From Entomortierella parvispora E1425 (lineage: Eukaryota > Fungi > Mortierellomycota), in contig BQFW01000014.1 of NCBI GenBank assembly GCA_020891255.1, positions 2,046,001 to 2,110,000 of the forward strand: a DNA stretch of 64,000 nucleotides, given 5' to 3'. How positions within the stretch are numbered: the first letter of the stretch is position 1; every line of letters starts with the position of its first letter. Below the pieces are notes generated by a model that made no database searches, was not told the DNA's origin, and was given only the letters and a program-made list of their open reading frames with translations. Position numbers and translations under genes: made by a program. Shown here piece by piece: positions 1-10,533 of the stretch.

Positions 1-275
1 AATAGTCTCAGCAATCGGAATTAAGGCGTCGAGCTTGCTGCTGCTGCAAAGGGGATATCGGGCAGGAAGGGGGGGATGTATGTTTGTGTTCTGAAGGGTT
101 CAACAAAAGTGTACTGGCAGGAATCGTAAAGGAAAAAGGCAACCAGGAGCAAAATGGATTTTGCTCCCTTCTTTATAGAAAAAAAAACTGAAACTAAACA
201 AAATAATAAATGCTACTGAAAATATATCTCTACTCCGATGGATGTGGACCGGGACTCCACATCTACTACACCACA
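1..275 (-). mobile_element. Partial LTR (family B), truncated by the window edge, inserted into the pol of the chromovirus
   Basis: Bases 1-~90 match 812-~900 almost exactly. It ends in the same TCTACTACACCACA terminus (262-275) as the 548-1054 insert, and pol-like coding resumes at 276. Strand is inferred from C/T-richness and a TATA-like motif on the minus strand. Confidence 0.75.
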
Positions 276-2274
276 GCGTCTCCCTGTCCCCGGACGTCCA
301 TGACCAGCTTGTCCAGGACTACAACGACGATCCTCGACTTGGACCCATCTACAAGGATTGCCTGGATGGGAAGGTTGCCAATGGATAGTCATTCCAGAAC
401 AACCTCCTCTACTTTACCCGACGTGGAGCAACCACCCTGGCCATCCCTCGGCACTCCCCGATCTGCCTCACTCTCTTGCACGACGCTCACGACTCTACCA
501 CTGCTGGACACTTTGGTTTTCAGAAGACTTACGACAACCTGCGCCGTTGTGGTGTTGCTACAATGGGTTGGGGATCGGTCGTAGCTCAAGGAGAGAGGGG
601 CTGGTCACAAGTGATCAAGGGAAAGGGGATTGCTTGCGAGGGGGAGGATAGACGTTGCAGGATCTCACTGTCTAAACTGTGTGAACCAAGTATCAATAAA
701 GATCTCAGTCCGGTGGAAGCTCAAGACTTGTACGAAGGCAAGCTTGATCGGCAGAACAGGGTCTGTGATATCCAAAGGTAAAGGGGGGGGGAGGAGGTTA
801 GACTAGCTACTAATAGTCTCAGCAATCGGAATTAAGGCGTCGATCTTGCTGCTGCTGCAAAGGGGATATCGGGCAGGAAGTGGGGGGGGGATGTGTATGT
901 GTTCTGTAACGATCAAACAAAGGCAAACGAAAAAGTAGGGAAGGAAGCGACCCAGAGCAATTACTGCTCTGAACACGAAATTATATTAACGCAATCTTTT
1001 AAGGGTATCTAAACTGACTTCTACAAATGTGTGATCCGTATCTACTACACCACACCGTTTCGTATATTGGCCCCACATCGCCAAGGACACCCAGCAGTAT
1101 GTAGCAACCTGCGAGAAGTGTCAAAGGAACAAGGACTCCCAGGATCGACCAGCTGGACTCTTGCAACCGCTACCCATTCCTTCGCAACGTTGGGAGGTAG
1201 TCACCATGGACTTCATCGGCCCTCTTCCGCCCACAGCTAGAAATTTTGACGCCATCACAGTGTTTGTCGACAAGCTGACCAAGCAAGCTCACTTCGTCCC
1301 CAGTACTACCTCTGCCACAGCCGTCGACGTCGCCCACCAGTTTTTTGACAACATCTTTAAGCTGCATGGCACACCAACATCCATCATCTCGGACCGCGAC
1401 ACTCGATTCACTAGTAGATTCTGGCAAGAGTTGCACAGGCTAATGGATGTCAAACTTGCACTGTCAACCGCCTACCACCCACAGACGGATGGGCAGACAG
1501 AGGTTATGAACAAGACGCTGAAGATTATGTTGAGAGCGTTTATTGACAACAAACAGTCTAACTGGGACCAGCTCCTTCCGTCACTGGAATTCGCCTATAA
1601 CAACGCTGTCAATGCATCCACGGGATACTCGCCGTTCTTCCTCAACTCTGGCCAGCACCCTCGTCTCCCCACCGCTCTCCTCGGTAAACCCAGCAGCTCA
1701 GTCCCCACTGTCGATACCTTCCTGATTGAGCAGGCGACCACCCTTGCCCTGGCCCAGGATGCTCTGCAGCGTGCTCAGGATCATCAGGAGCAACAGGCAA
1801 ACAAGCGACGACGGGATCACAAGTACAAGGTTGGCGATAAGGTCCTGCTGCGTGCCACCAATATCACCATCCCTGCCGACAGTATCAGACCAGCCGATAA
1901 GCTTCGACCTCAATTCCTTGGCCCGTTCACACTTTTGGAGCAACACTCACCTGTCACGTTCCGCGTCGAGCTGCCACCATTCTACAAAAATCCATGACGT
2001 CTTCCACGTTGATACCTTTCGACCCTACTTGCCGTCCCCGGAGTCACTCGGCATTCGAGCTCCTGCCCCCGTGGATCCCACTGTAATTGACGGCGAAGAG
2101 GAGTATGAAGTGGACGAAATTTTAAAGTACCGCTTCTACCGCAGACAACACCAGTTCCTAGTGTCATTCAAAGGCTACGGCAGAGAAGCTGACGAATGGC
2201 TCCCAGTAAGCAACTTGGACAACTGCATGGACTTGGTCACAACCTTCAAAGAGCAGCACGGTATCATTTTTTAA
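276..2274 (+). pseudogene. Disrupted pol fragment (integrase + chromodomain)
   Basis: In-frame TAG at 386-388, a 507-bp insertion at 548-1054, and an extra A in the A5 run at 1986-1990 that separates the core ORF (1161-1997) from the chromodomain frame (EEEYEVDEIL...LVSFKGYG...EWLP, stop 2274). Confidence 0.88.
548..1054 (-). mobile_element. Solo LTR (family B), 507 bp, 4-bp TSD CCGT
   Basis: Ends are TGTGGTGT...ACACCACA (perfect 8-bp inverted repeat), with CCGT at 544-547 and 1055-1058. Removing the insert and one TSD restores NLRR|FVYWPHIAKDTQQYVATCEKC. Confidence 0.9.
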
Positions 2275-2284
2275 AAGGGGAAGG
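2273..2284 (+). other. Polypurine tract of family A element
   Basis: AAAAGGGGAAGG directly before the TGTAACA start of the LTR. Confidence 0.85.
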
Positions 2285-2675
2285 TGTAACAGGAATACGG
2301 TGACATCACGCGATGTGTACCTACAAAAGCTAGAAACTTGCAATATAATAAAACTCACTTCTTGTCTCCACTCCACCCTCGATACTCCTATTGCATCTAT
2401 CTATCATTGATATATATCCGTCGGCTGCACCCATTTGGACCTCCATCTCCTCCTTCATCACCGTTGTCGCCATCTACGACCCAACTCATAGGTCGAGCTT
2501 ATGATTATACTTCCCGGCGCCCTCCCTGACACAACGCAGACTGGGTCCAGGCCAACACCCCTCTCTAGTATATAAACCCCCTTGATTCATGGCTGTATTC
2601 CCCAGTCTGCAATTCACAATTCCCAATAAACCATACCTTCCCTCTCTCTTGTCCCTGCCTTGTCCGACCGTGACA
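2285..2675 (+). repeat. 3' LTR of family A element (~391 bp)
   Basis: Starts TGTAACAG after the PPT and ends CCGTGACA (imperfect inverted repeat). Contains TATATAAA (~2570) and AATAAA (~2625). The right boundary cannot be checked against a 5' LTR. Confidence 0.7.
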
Positions 2676-2726
2676 TATCGTCAGTCTATTTATTTATTTA
2701 TTTTGTTTTTTTTTTTAAAAAAAAAA

Positions 2727-5700
2727 TTAGAACTCGTATTCCCCACTCATGCTCAGCAGCTCCATCTCTCGCTCAAGCGTCCGTGGTCGTGGCTCTGGAA
2801 GACGGCAAAAAGAGCCACCGAAGTGCTCACGGAGGTTGTATGCGTGGGTACCGTGCGACTGTTGTTGCTGCTGGTCCTGATGTTGATGCGTCGGCAACAA
2901 GTTCGCCTGTGGGTGCACGGTCTTCCCTGGTAGTTGATAACTGGTGATGTTTGAAGACGTCTCCATCGTACCGGGTGAAACCATAATACCATTAATACCC
3001 ATACCATTGGCGCTCTCAATATTGTTCTTCTCTGTCGCTAAAGGACCCACATCTGACAGGTAGCCATTACCTCTCAGCCACTCCTCCACATCTTTGCAGT
3101 CACGCTCTAGCCACAATATGTTCATGCGGATTCCCTCTAAACAGGTCGCAAGAATTCGGTCATATGATGTAGTATCCTTATTTGCAAAGAAGGCCTGAAC
3201 TTCCTGATATCGCTCTATTGTTGAGAACGACTCGATACTCAGCAGCACAAAATAGTCCAAGAATCCAATATCGTCGCAATGGCGCTCATACAACACGTCC
3301 CAGTGATGGCGCATAAAATTCCAAAGCTCAGCTCGGCCAATAACAGAAGATCTCAAAGTTGCAATGGCGCTTAGAATATCCTGAGTTCGCACCTCCGGCG
3401 ACATCGCAAAGGCCAAAGTGCGCCTAACCAGTTCTAGTGAGCTGCCATACCCCATTACAGATAAAGCCACGACTTTCTCTCCAGGGACAAATGTTTCGCG
3501 GTAGTAGTTCACAATGTCCTCGTACTCCTGCACACCTTCCGTTGTTCGGAGTACAATCTCGAAAACAGGGAATCGCAAATCAGGTGGAATAGCTGTCAAA
3601 TCTCTCTCTTGCATGAAAGATCTAAATCGTCTTCGAGCCTCTGCAACAATCCTATTTTTTGTTAACAATCACAATATGGGATGAGTCAAGATATCTTGTC
3701 TCCTATCAGGCTTTGACAACGTTGCAGCATCTTTTCTTACTCAGGGTCTCCTGCTCTCCCAGCAAATCGAATGGCTACAGCTCGAAGATTTCCTGTAGAG
3801 GGGTCTTCGCCTGGAGGAAAGTCCCAGCCAAGTCGCTTCACAATCTTCGTGAATAACCTCCTTTGAACCTCTTTTAGTCCATTCATGATTGGAGCGGGTT
3901 GCTCTAACCAAACAGCTAGCAGCTCCTGCAGTCGTAATGACACCTCAGCCCACACCCTAGATAAGTAAATAGGAAATCTTTAGTATTTTAGAGCCTAGAA
4001 TCATTATTATTCGCTCAACTATCCACTCTTTACTTACATGTAATTTTCTTCATCTTCAAAATACTTAAGAAGCGTCAAGAAGCTGCTTGTTGGGGCGTTG
4101 CCGCTTGCAGTTAATGCTGCTGCATCTGTTAGTAACCCAACACGGTTTGCAGCATTTAGCTGTTCTGTTCCAAATGTTTGACCTAAAAGTGCGAGCGTTT
4201 TCGGCGGATATGAAACACGGTAGAACCCAGTCTGGCCCATATTGAATTTGTACCACTGCGTTGTATCAACATTCAATATGAGTTCCTTTGTGTCCATCAT
4301 AATGTTGCGCGGTGTTGGGTCGGATGCTGTGACAAGTGCCAATGGTACAGGCCAGATAAGACAATCTTCCTCTTCACCCACGTCACCCGTAGAGAGAAAG
4401 AGGTTTTGGCGCACAAGAATAGTCGACTCGTCAAGCTCTGTAATAGAAAGTACAGGATACTATTGATAACTCGCGGTTACTATAGGAGCACATGGAAAAA
4501 TGTGTCATTTCAATATCGTAGACTGTCAATTAGCTCTTACCCCTGTTTGTCGCGTCCATTTACTCATAAATCCTGGCACATCCACGTTGCACTCCTCAGC
4601 AAGTGTCACCCACAAGTCGCTAGTATTGGCGTTGCTCCACATAAACTTGTGAATGAACTTGCGAATCCCCAGTATCAACTGATCTTGACCAAGCCATGCA
4701 CTCAGCATTCGAAGTACTGATGCGCCTTTCATATAGCTGACTTCATCAAAGATTTGAGTGATCTCATTGGGATTGGCAACGCCAACTTCAACTGGATGTG
4801 AAGTTCGAAGAGAATCATGCTTAAGGACCTCCTGGATCCTTTTTACAAACTCTGACCAAATATCCCACCCCGGAAAGAGTTCGTCAACAACAATATAGGC
4901 AAGATGAGTTGCAAAGCCCTCAAATAGCCATAAGTCCGACCACCATTCCATGGTCACCAAATTGCCGAACCACTAAGAGACGTTAGGTAAGTATCATAAA
5001 AAGTAAATCTAGACAGGCTGGATGGTAAAAAGCCTTATTAAAATACCTGATGGGATATTTCATGGATGACAGTGGCTGCAATCTCATGTCTCCGGTCTTG
5101 CGATCCATACTCCTCGATAAGGAGAGCATATGTTCGGAAAGTAATGAGCCCCCAGTTTTCCATTGCCCCTGGTGCAAAATCAGGAACAGCAACCATGTCA
5201 AGCTTGGGTAGAGGATATGGAATATTGAACAGTCGCGAGAAATATTCAACAGCCTAGCTCCATCCAGTCGGTGAACGATGCAGTTAGTAGAGTATTTGTC
5301 ACTATTCCACCTCAACGTCATAAAATCATCAATATTCGTACCTTAACGGCAAGGTCAAGTGAGTAATGACCTTGTTCAGCGAGACCCACCGGTGTGTAAA
5401 CTCGGCACAGAACTTTTTCTCCACTGAACTCTCCAGAAGTATAGGCCTCGATGTAGTCAAAGTCGCCAATCATCCATGCCAATAGCTACATTATATTCAA
5501 GGCAGTTTTAGCACAAACGTTTCTGAAGCTTGCACGCAGACTGGTAAAGCTCTTACATATGTGGCCATGATAGGTGTCTTCATAAAGTGAACCTCCTGCA
5601 TTCCATTTTCCAAGAGGGAGGTTGAGAGGACACTCATATTAGACAAGCAGGTCATGCCCTGTGGCGCGACAAGTGTCAAAGAAAACGTCGCCTTGATAGC

Positions 5701-6552
5701 TGGCTATTGTGGTGACAATTTAGTTAGTCTCATGAGACTACCGACCTAAATCACAGGCAAGATGGCAGTATTGCATACCTCATCCCAGCATGGGAAGGCT
5801 CGTCGAGCATGCGTCGATTGGAACTGTGTTGTCGTCAGTTGACTGTTGATGTAAGGTGCGAGGCGATATATCAGTTATTATTTAGCTAGAGTCGATGAGT
5901 AATCGATGATCATGATATTGTCACCTACTGCACATTGTTTTCAGAATCGGTGTACACAGATCGGTAAAACCCGTTCAATTTGTCATTGACAAGGCCAATG
6001 TACGTGATATCCAGGATCCAGGAAGAGCCAACATGAAGAGCTTGAGGAAACTCAAGAGTGATTGTCTCCACCTCGACATTATAGCTCACACTAGTCGCGG
6101 TGACACTAATTCGAGAGAATATTAGACATGGTCAATTGTTGGGTAGTTGTTGGGTAATTAAAGGTGACAAAACCTTGGACTGTAGAAAGTCTTTCAGCCA
6201 AGTTTCCATCCCTTCCGTGAATAGAAAAATATCTGACCTGTATCCAGCTAGAAGATGATCTCTTGCCGTTGCTGTTTGAATGTTCAATTCCTTTGCGTTC
6301 AATGTAATTCCATAGGTAGGCTCTGCAATACAGACCCTATAAACAACAGCAGCAGCGATGATGATTAGCATGCGATGTTCCCTGGTTTCAACGGCGCATG
6401 GGTCTACCCTGCAGTCAGAAAAAAAAAACCTACTCAATAGAACATTCTCCAAGAAAGGAGAAGTTCACAGGACAGGGGACAATTTTTAGACTGTAATGGA
6501 TGGGGATGATGGACCGTTGAAGGGTCATGCTTGGTCGCTTGGGCACTGTCAT
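2727..6552 (-). CDS. M1-family zinc aminopeptidase (puromycin-sensitive/Ape2-Aap1 type), multi-exon
   Basis: N-terminus LQRSIIPIHYSLKI...ITLNAKELNI, GAMENWGLITFR, HEISHQ|WFGNLVTMEWWSDLWLFEGFA, SYMKGASVLRML and an ERAP1-like C-terminal domain. ATG at 6552, read by eye. Confidence 0.93.
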
Positions 6553-6640
6553 TCGCGTGGGTTGGGAATGGCACCGAGGAATGCTGCAGGATGGAGAAGC
6601 TGGAGGGAGTGGTGAAGCCCCCCCACGGCTAAAATCGCTC

Positions 6641-6654
6641 CAGTCACGTGACTG
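6641..6654. promoter_or_regulatory. Palindromic E-box CAGTCACGTGACTG in a divergent promoter
   Basis: Perfect 14-bp palindrome between the divergent starts at 6552 (-) and 6964 (+). Confidence 0.55.
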
Positions 6655-6963
6655 ACGCTACGGTACCTCCAAAACGACTTCACCGTATTTTATTGATCGC
6701 CTGGACTGCAAATATCATTCAGAGCAAGACAGCAGACACTGTGATCAGGCATGCACCATTCCTCACTTGGGACTGACTTGCAGACAGGTAATTGAGATCA
6801 CAGTCTTGTCCCTTCAACGCTCATGCTCATGCTTATCTTGGATCTACCAAAGGATATGTCATGGAAATGCCCACTGACAAGTTAATATGCCCTGTCATCT
6901 TGTTCTCCAGGCTACTCAATTGCCGGTGTGCATCTTTCTGCTGAAAAGATTAGCCCAAACAAT

Positions 6964-9607
6964 ATGGCGTCTGCCTCCGTAAGTTATCTTGCTGTTTAAC
7001 GAGTTCGTGGTATGCTGTTGTATTTTCCTGGTTTTTCTGATCTAGTGTACACGACGCTTCTTTTTCGACCCATAGCTACCCATGGAGACTAGCAAAGGAG
7101 CATCGGACAATGGTGGATCGGAGCAGGGTACAGAGATAGTGACGCAGATCCAAATGGCTGGCTTGACAGTGCTGATGATTAAGAAGAAGGACCAGGTGAT
7201 TTACAAGCTCCCCGACCATATGTCTGTACAATCGCTTGGCAAGGATCAACGAGAGCGGCTTCTGGCAGAGATCAACCTGTTACATCACCAGCAGACCACA
7301 GCTCAAGCGCTGGCCGCAACACAGGCACAAACGCAACAAGTGCATATGGCTCAGCAAGCGGCTCTTGCTCTAGCACAGGCACAAAGAGCTACAATGCCTC
7401 AGAGTGGACAAAGTATGGCATCGAGTATCATTGGCCAAAGTCATAGCAGCGGTATATCGTCTGGCACGCCATTGCGTACGACGTCACCTTCCGCGCCATC
7501 TACGCCTGGGGATACAACCTCTGTTCAGAACAACACAAAAACAACTAGGAGGTACAACAAGACTGGAAAGTACTCAAAAAAGAAGCAAGGCCAACAGCAC
7601 AATCCAGACCAGGCGCAAGGATCGCGGCTTATGACATCAGACTCAAACCATAGTTCACTTTCAGCAATGTCCAGCACCCGACCGTCTGTCGTTTTCGACA
7701 ATACGAACTCTAAAAAATTTCAGCTCGTGGAATCTCCTGCGCCATCTTCCTCCTTATTACCAACAATAACAGTTCCTTTAGGGATCTCGTCTTCACCATC
7801 GACGAAGCCCGCAACTGAAACAAACTTTGTGCTCCAGCCATGGTTTTTGCAATTGCAACTGCAAGAGCTACAGCTTTCTGGACTCACTACTCTGGATCAA
7901 AAACGTCAATTCAAGTTACTCTCGGAATGGCGCCAAGTTCAACAAAGCTTGGAGGTACAACAGTCCAGCACGACTACTTTTCGGGAACACGAGCAGACTG
8001 TCCAGCGAGTGCTTGCACATGGAAAGCCAGTAGACATCAAAACTCAAAATTTAGCAAAACAAAACCGGATCGAGGCGGAGAGATCGCTAGAGCGTTTACA
8101 AAATCTGGTCTATCAGAAAGAGACGAGCTTCCGGGAACAGCATCCGCTCACTTACGAACAACTCATGAAAGCCCAGTGCATGTTGTTACAGCAACAACAG
8201 CAGCAAATGGTAACCAAGGGATCAGTCTCATCCGCAGTGCCAGTAAACTCACAATCTAGCGGGGTACTCTCCTCAGCCTCGATTTCGAGTAATCAAAAAT
8301 CGACAACAGAAGTAAACCCATCTATAGTACCGAAAACTGTCGAGGATCGGCTCCAGCAACAAATAGCCGAACACCATAGTCAAGTGCGAAGCGAGATGGC
8401 CAAGGAGCTCAGACGGATACATCAACAACTAGGACGGCAAGATCAAGTCAGGAAACCCTTTACAGATCTTAATGATGCGATCGAGCGACTTATGCCATAT
8501 CACGTATTTCAGCATCCTTCTCAAGATCTTGAAATGCAAGCCTCACTTCGGCCAACAGAACGTAATTACGACTATTTTATATTTGTCTGTTGCGTTTAGT
8601 GATGGGGTTGTGGTCCTCTACTAACATATCCTTTATTCTATGCTGAAGAGGAACTCAATATCAATGCCCTTCAGATCCACAGGCGGAAGTTTAGTTTGAT
8701 TCGCCAGTATCACCGATTGCTGAAGGCTCGAGCAATTGGAGGCAGATTACCGATGCCCTCACCATCACATAGCACGATATCTCCGACTTCGTCCACCCTT
8801 TCTGCTTCTTATGCAAGCCCAGCAAATGCCTCTAGCGCATTGGATATATTGGCTCTACGATTCGCCGTAGAGGCTGAGCAAACAGAGCTTGCCAACTTGT
8901 CTAGGCAGCATGCATCCGTACTATTACAGGCTAAGGTCGTAGGTGACGAGTTAGAGAAACGTCAGGTCCAATTACTGCAGCAGCGGAGAGCTGAAGCGGC
9001 GATGATAGAGCACCAACAGCGATTAATGTTGGAGCGCCAGCGGCAAGAGGAAGTTCAGCGGTTAATATTAGAGCAAGAAAAGGAGAGACAAAGGACAGCC
9101 AGAGAGAATCAAGGCGATGTGCATGGAGATCAAAGTCAGGAGCAGGATGCGCTGCAGCGGTCTGCAATGATTGAACATTTACGCAAGATGCAAGAGACTC
9201 AGCAATCATCGCACGGATCGCAGCAGGGGATCGGCGTTTCTGCACAAGACGAGTTGACACAGCTGGAAAAAGAAAGAGAGTTACAACGGTTACAGCATCA
9301 ACTCGAGTTGGAGAAGCAAATGAGTTTGAAACAAGATCAGCAGGAACAGGAGTTGCTTAAACAACAGCAGGAGCAGTCTTCTGATGTACAGAGTCATCCT
9401 CATCATCACCACCACCAGCATCTTCAACTACAAAAGTTGGCAGCGCAATCCTTTGTTGATACTGCCTCATTTTCAGGTACATCGCAAACAGTCTCGGCAA
9501 CTTCTATGCCAAACTCAAGAGCTTCTGCCGTCCCTCTACTACCCGGAGATGTGTCTAGTTCGTCGTTGTCATCACCACTGACATCCTCTGCATCATCACC
9601 GCGTTGA
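6964..9607 (+). CDS. Q-rich protein with a GLTSCR1 (BICRA-type) domain, 3 exons
   Basis: Exon 1 MASAS, intron 6979-7075, then the ORF from 7082 with KPFTDLNDAIERLMPYHVFQ (GLTSCR1 signature). Intron ~8562-8648 has a TACTAAC branch point. A coiled-coil/poly-Q exon follows to 9607. Confidence 0.75.
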
Positions 9608-10533
9608 AATCTGTTCAATAGTGCAATAAATTTCAGTCTGCTGTGGTGTTGACGACTATCAGGTAGAAATGACCAAGAGAAAATTTATTAATATGGCGCT
9701 GAGTTGTAATTGACGAGACAGGAAGCAGATTTGACCTGAGAATACTCACATAAGTTGAGAAAGAACTCAATTCCTAACACGGGATCGACTCGCGGTACAT
9801 GATGAAGGTCTTGATCCAGTCCTAAGGAACTGGTGTTCGTTCAGGGGTGCGACCAAAGAATGGTGTCTGTTCCCAAAAATATTCGCAGAATCTGGAGTGA
9901 GTGGCGGGTCGAAGGTGGAAGTTAGCTGAAGCGTCTCATTATGTGCCCATCCAAGGATCAGTGTTCGTGTTCGTGCAGAGAGACCAATCGCACGTGTCTC
10001 GGATGGAACCTAGATGACGACAGCCATGAAAAGTGAACGTTGAGTGAACTTTTCTAAAGCATCGATACAAAAGCCAAGGTCTAACGACCACGTTCGTTCC
10101 ACAGCGAGGCACTGCCTTTGTCCTCCACAGCCTTTACACGAACCTGAAGGTTATATAAGGAGGCAAAGAGCGATCGAAGGTACAGAATGGTAACAACCTC
10201 TAGCAAGGCTCCTTGGGTGAACGTTACAAAACTTCCAAAGATAGCAGAACATTTACCTCTTCATCCTCCTCTCCTCTCGTCGACCTCCTCCAGTTACTTG
10301 TATGGGCGTAGGTGTGTGTCTGCATATAAGTGGTGGTTGTTCCGGGGGGGAGGTGGGAACAGGTATTGCCACGGCAGGCAGTTTTCGAGATTGATCGTAG
10401 TGACTGCAAAATGTGTTTTATTTTAAATAAACTTATATGATATCGTCTCAAAAAAGCTTACCTAGACGACCTGATCATCATGGCGTATCTATTAATATCT
10501 CTCAAAAGCATCGATGCTATTTATTTTGACTAT

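Larger units (their letters stand above)
276..2675 (+). mobile_element. 3' portion of a degenerate Ty3/gypsy chromovirus LTR retrotransposon (family A)
   Basis: Integrase zinc finger (HDAHDSTTAGHFG...CEKC), rve core (TMDFI, SDRD, DGQTE), GPF motif, chromodomain, polypurine tract and a 3' LTR, in the expected order. Confidence 0.93.

Noticed and set aside
8626-8634. ATATCCTTT, the U12 AT-AC donor consensus
   Set aside because: It sits between a TACTAAC branch point and the acceptor of an ordinary GT-AG intron, and no U12 branch site or AC acceptor was found.
9790-9935. ATGATGA...CTGA pair as a C/D snoRNA in the intergenic region
   Set aside because: No terminal stem and no rRNA-complementary guide was recognised.
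10150-10426. TATA-like TATATAA followed by a 79-codon ORF
   Set aside because: Too short and featureless to support as a gene without expression data.
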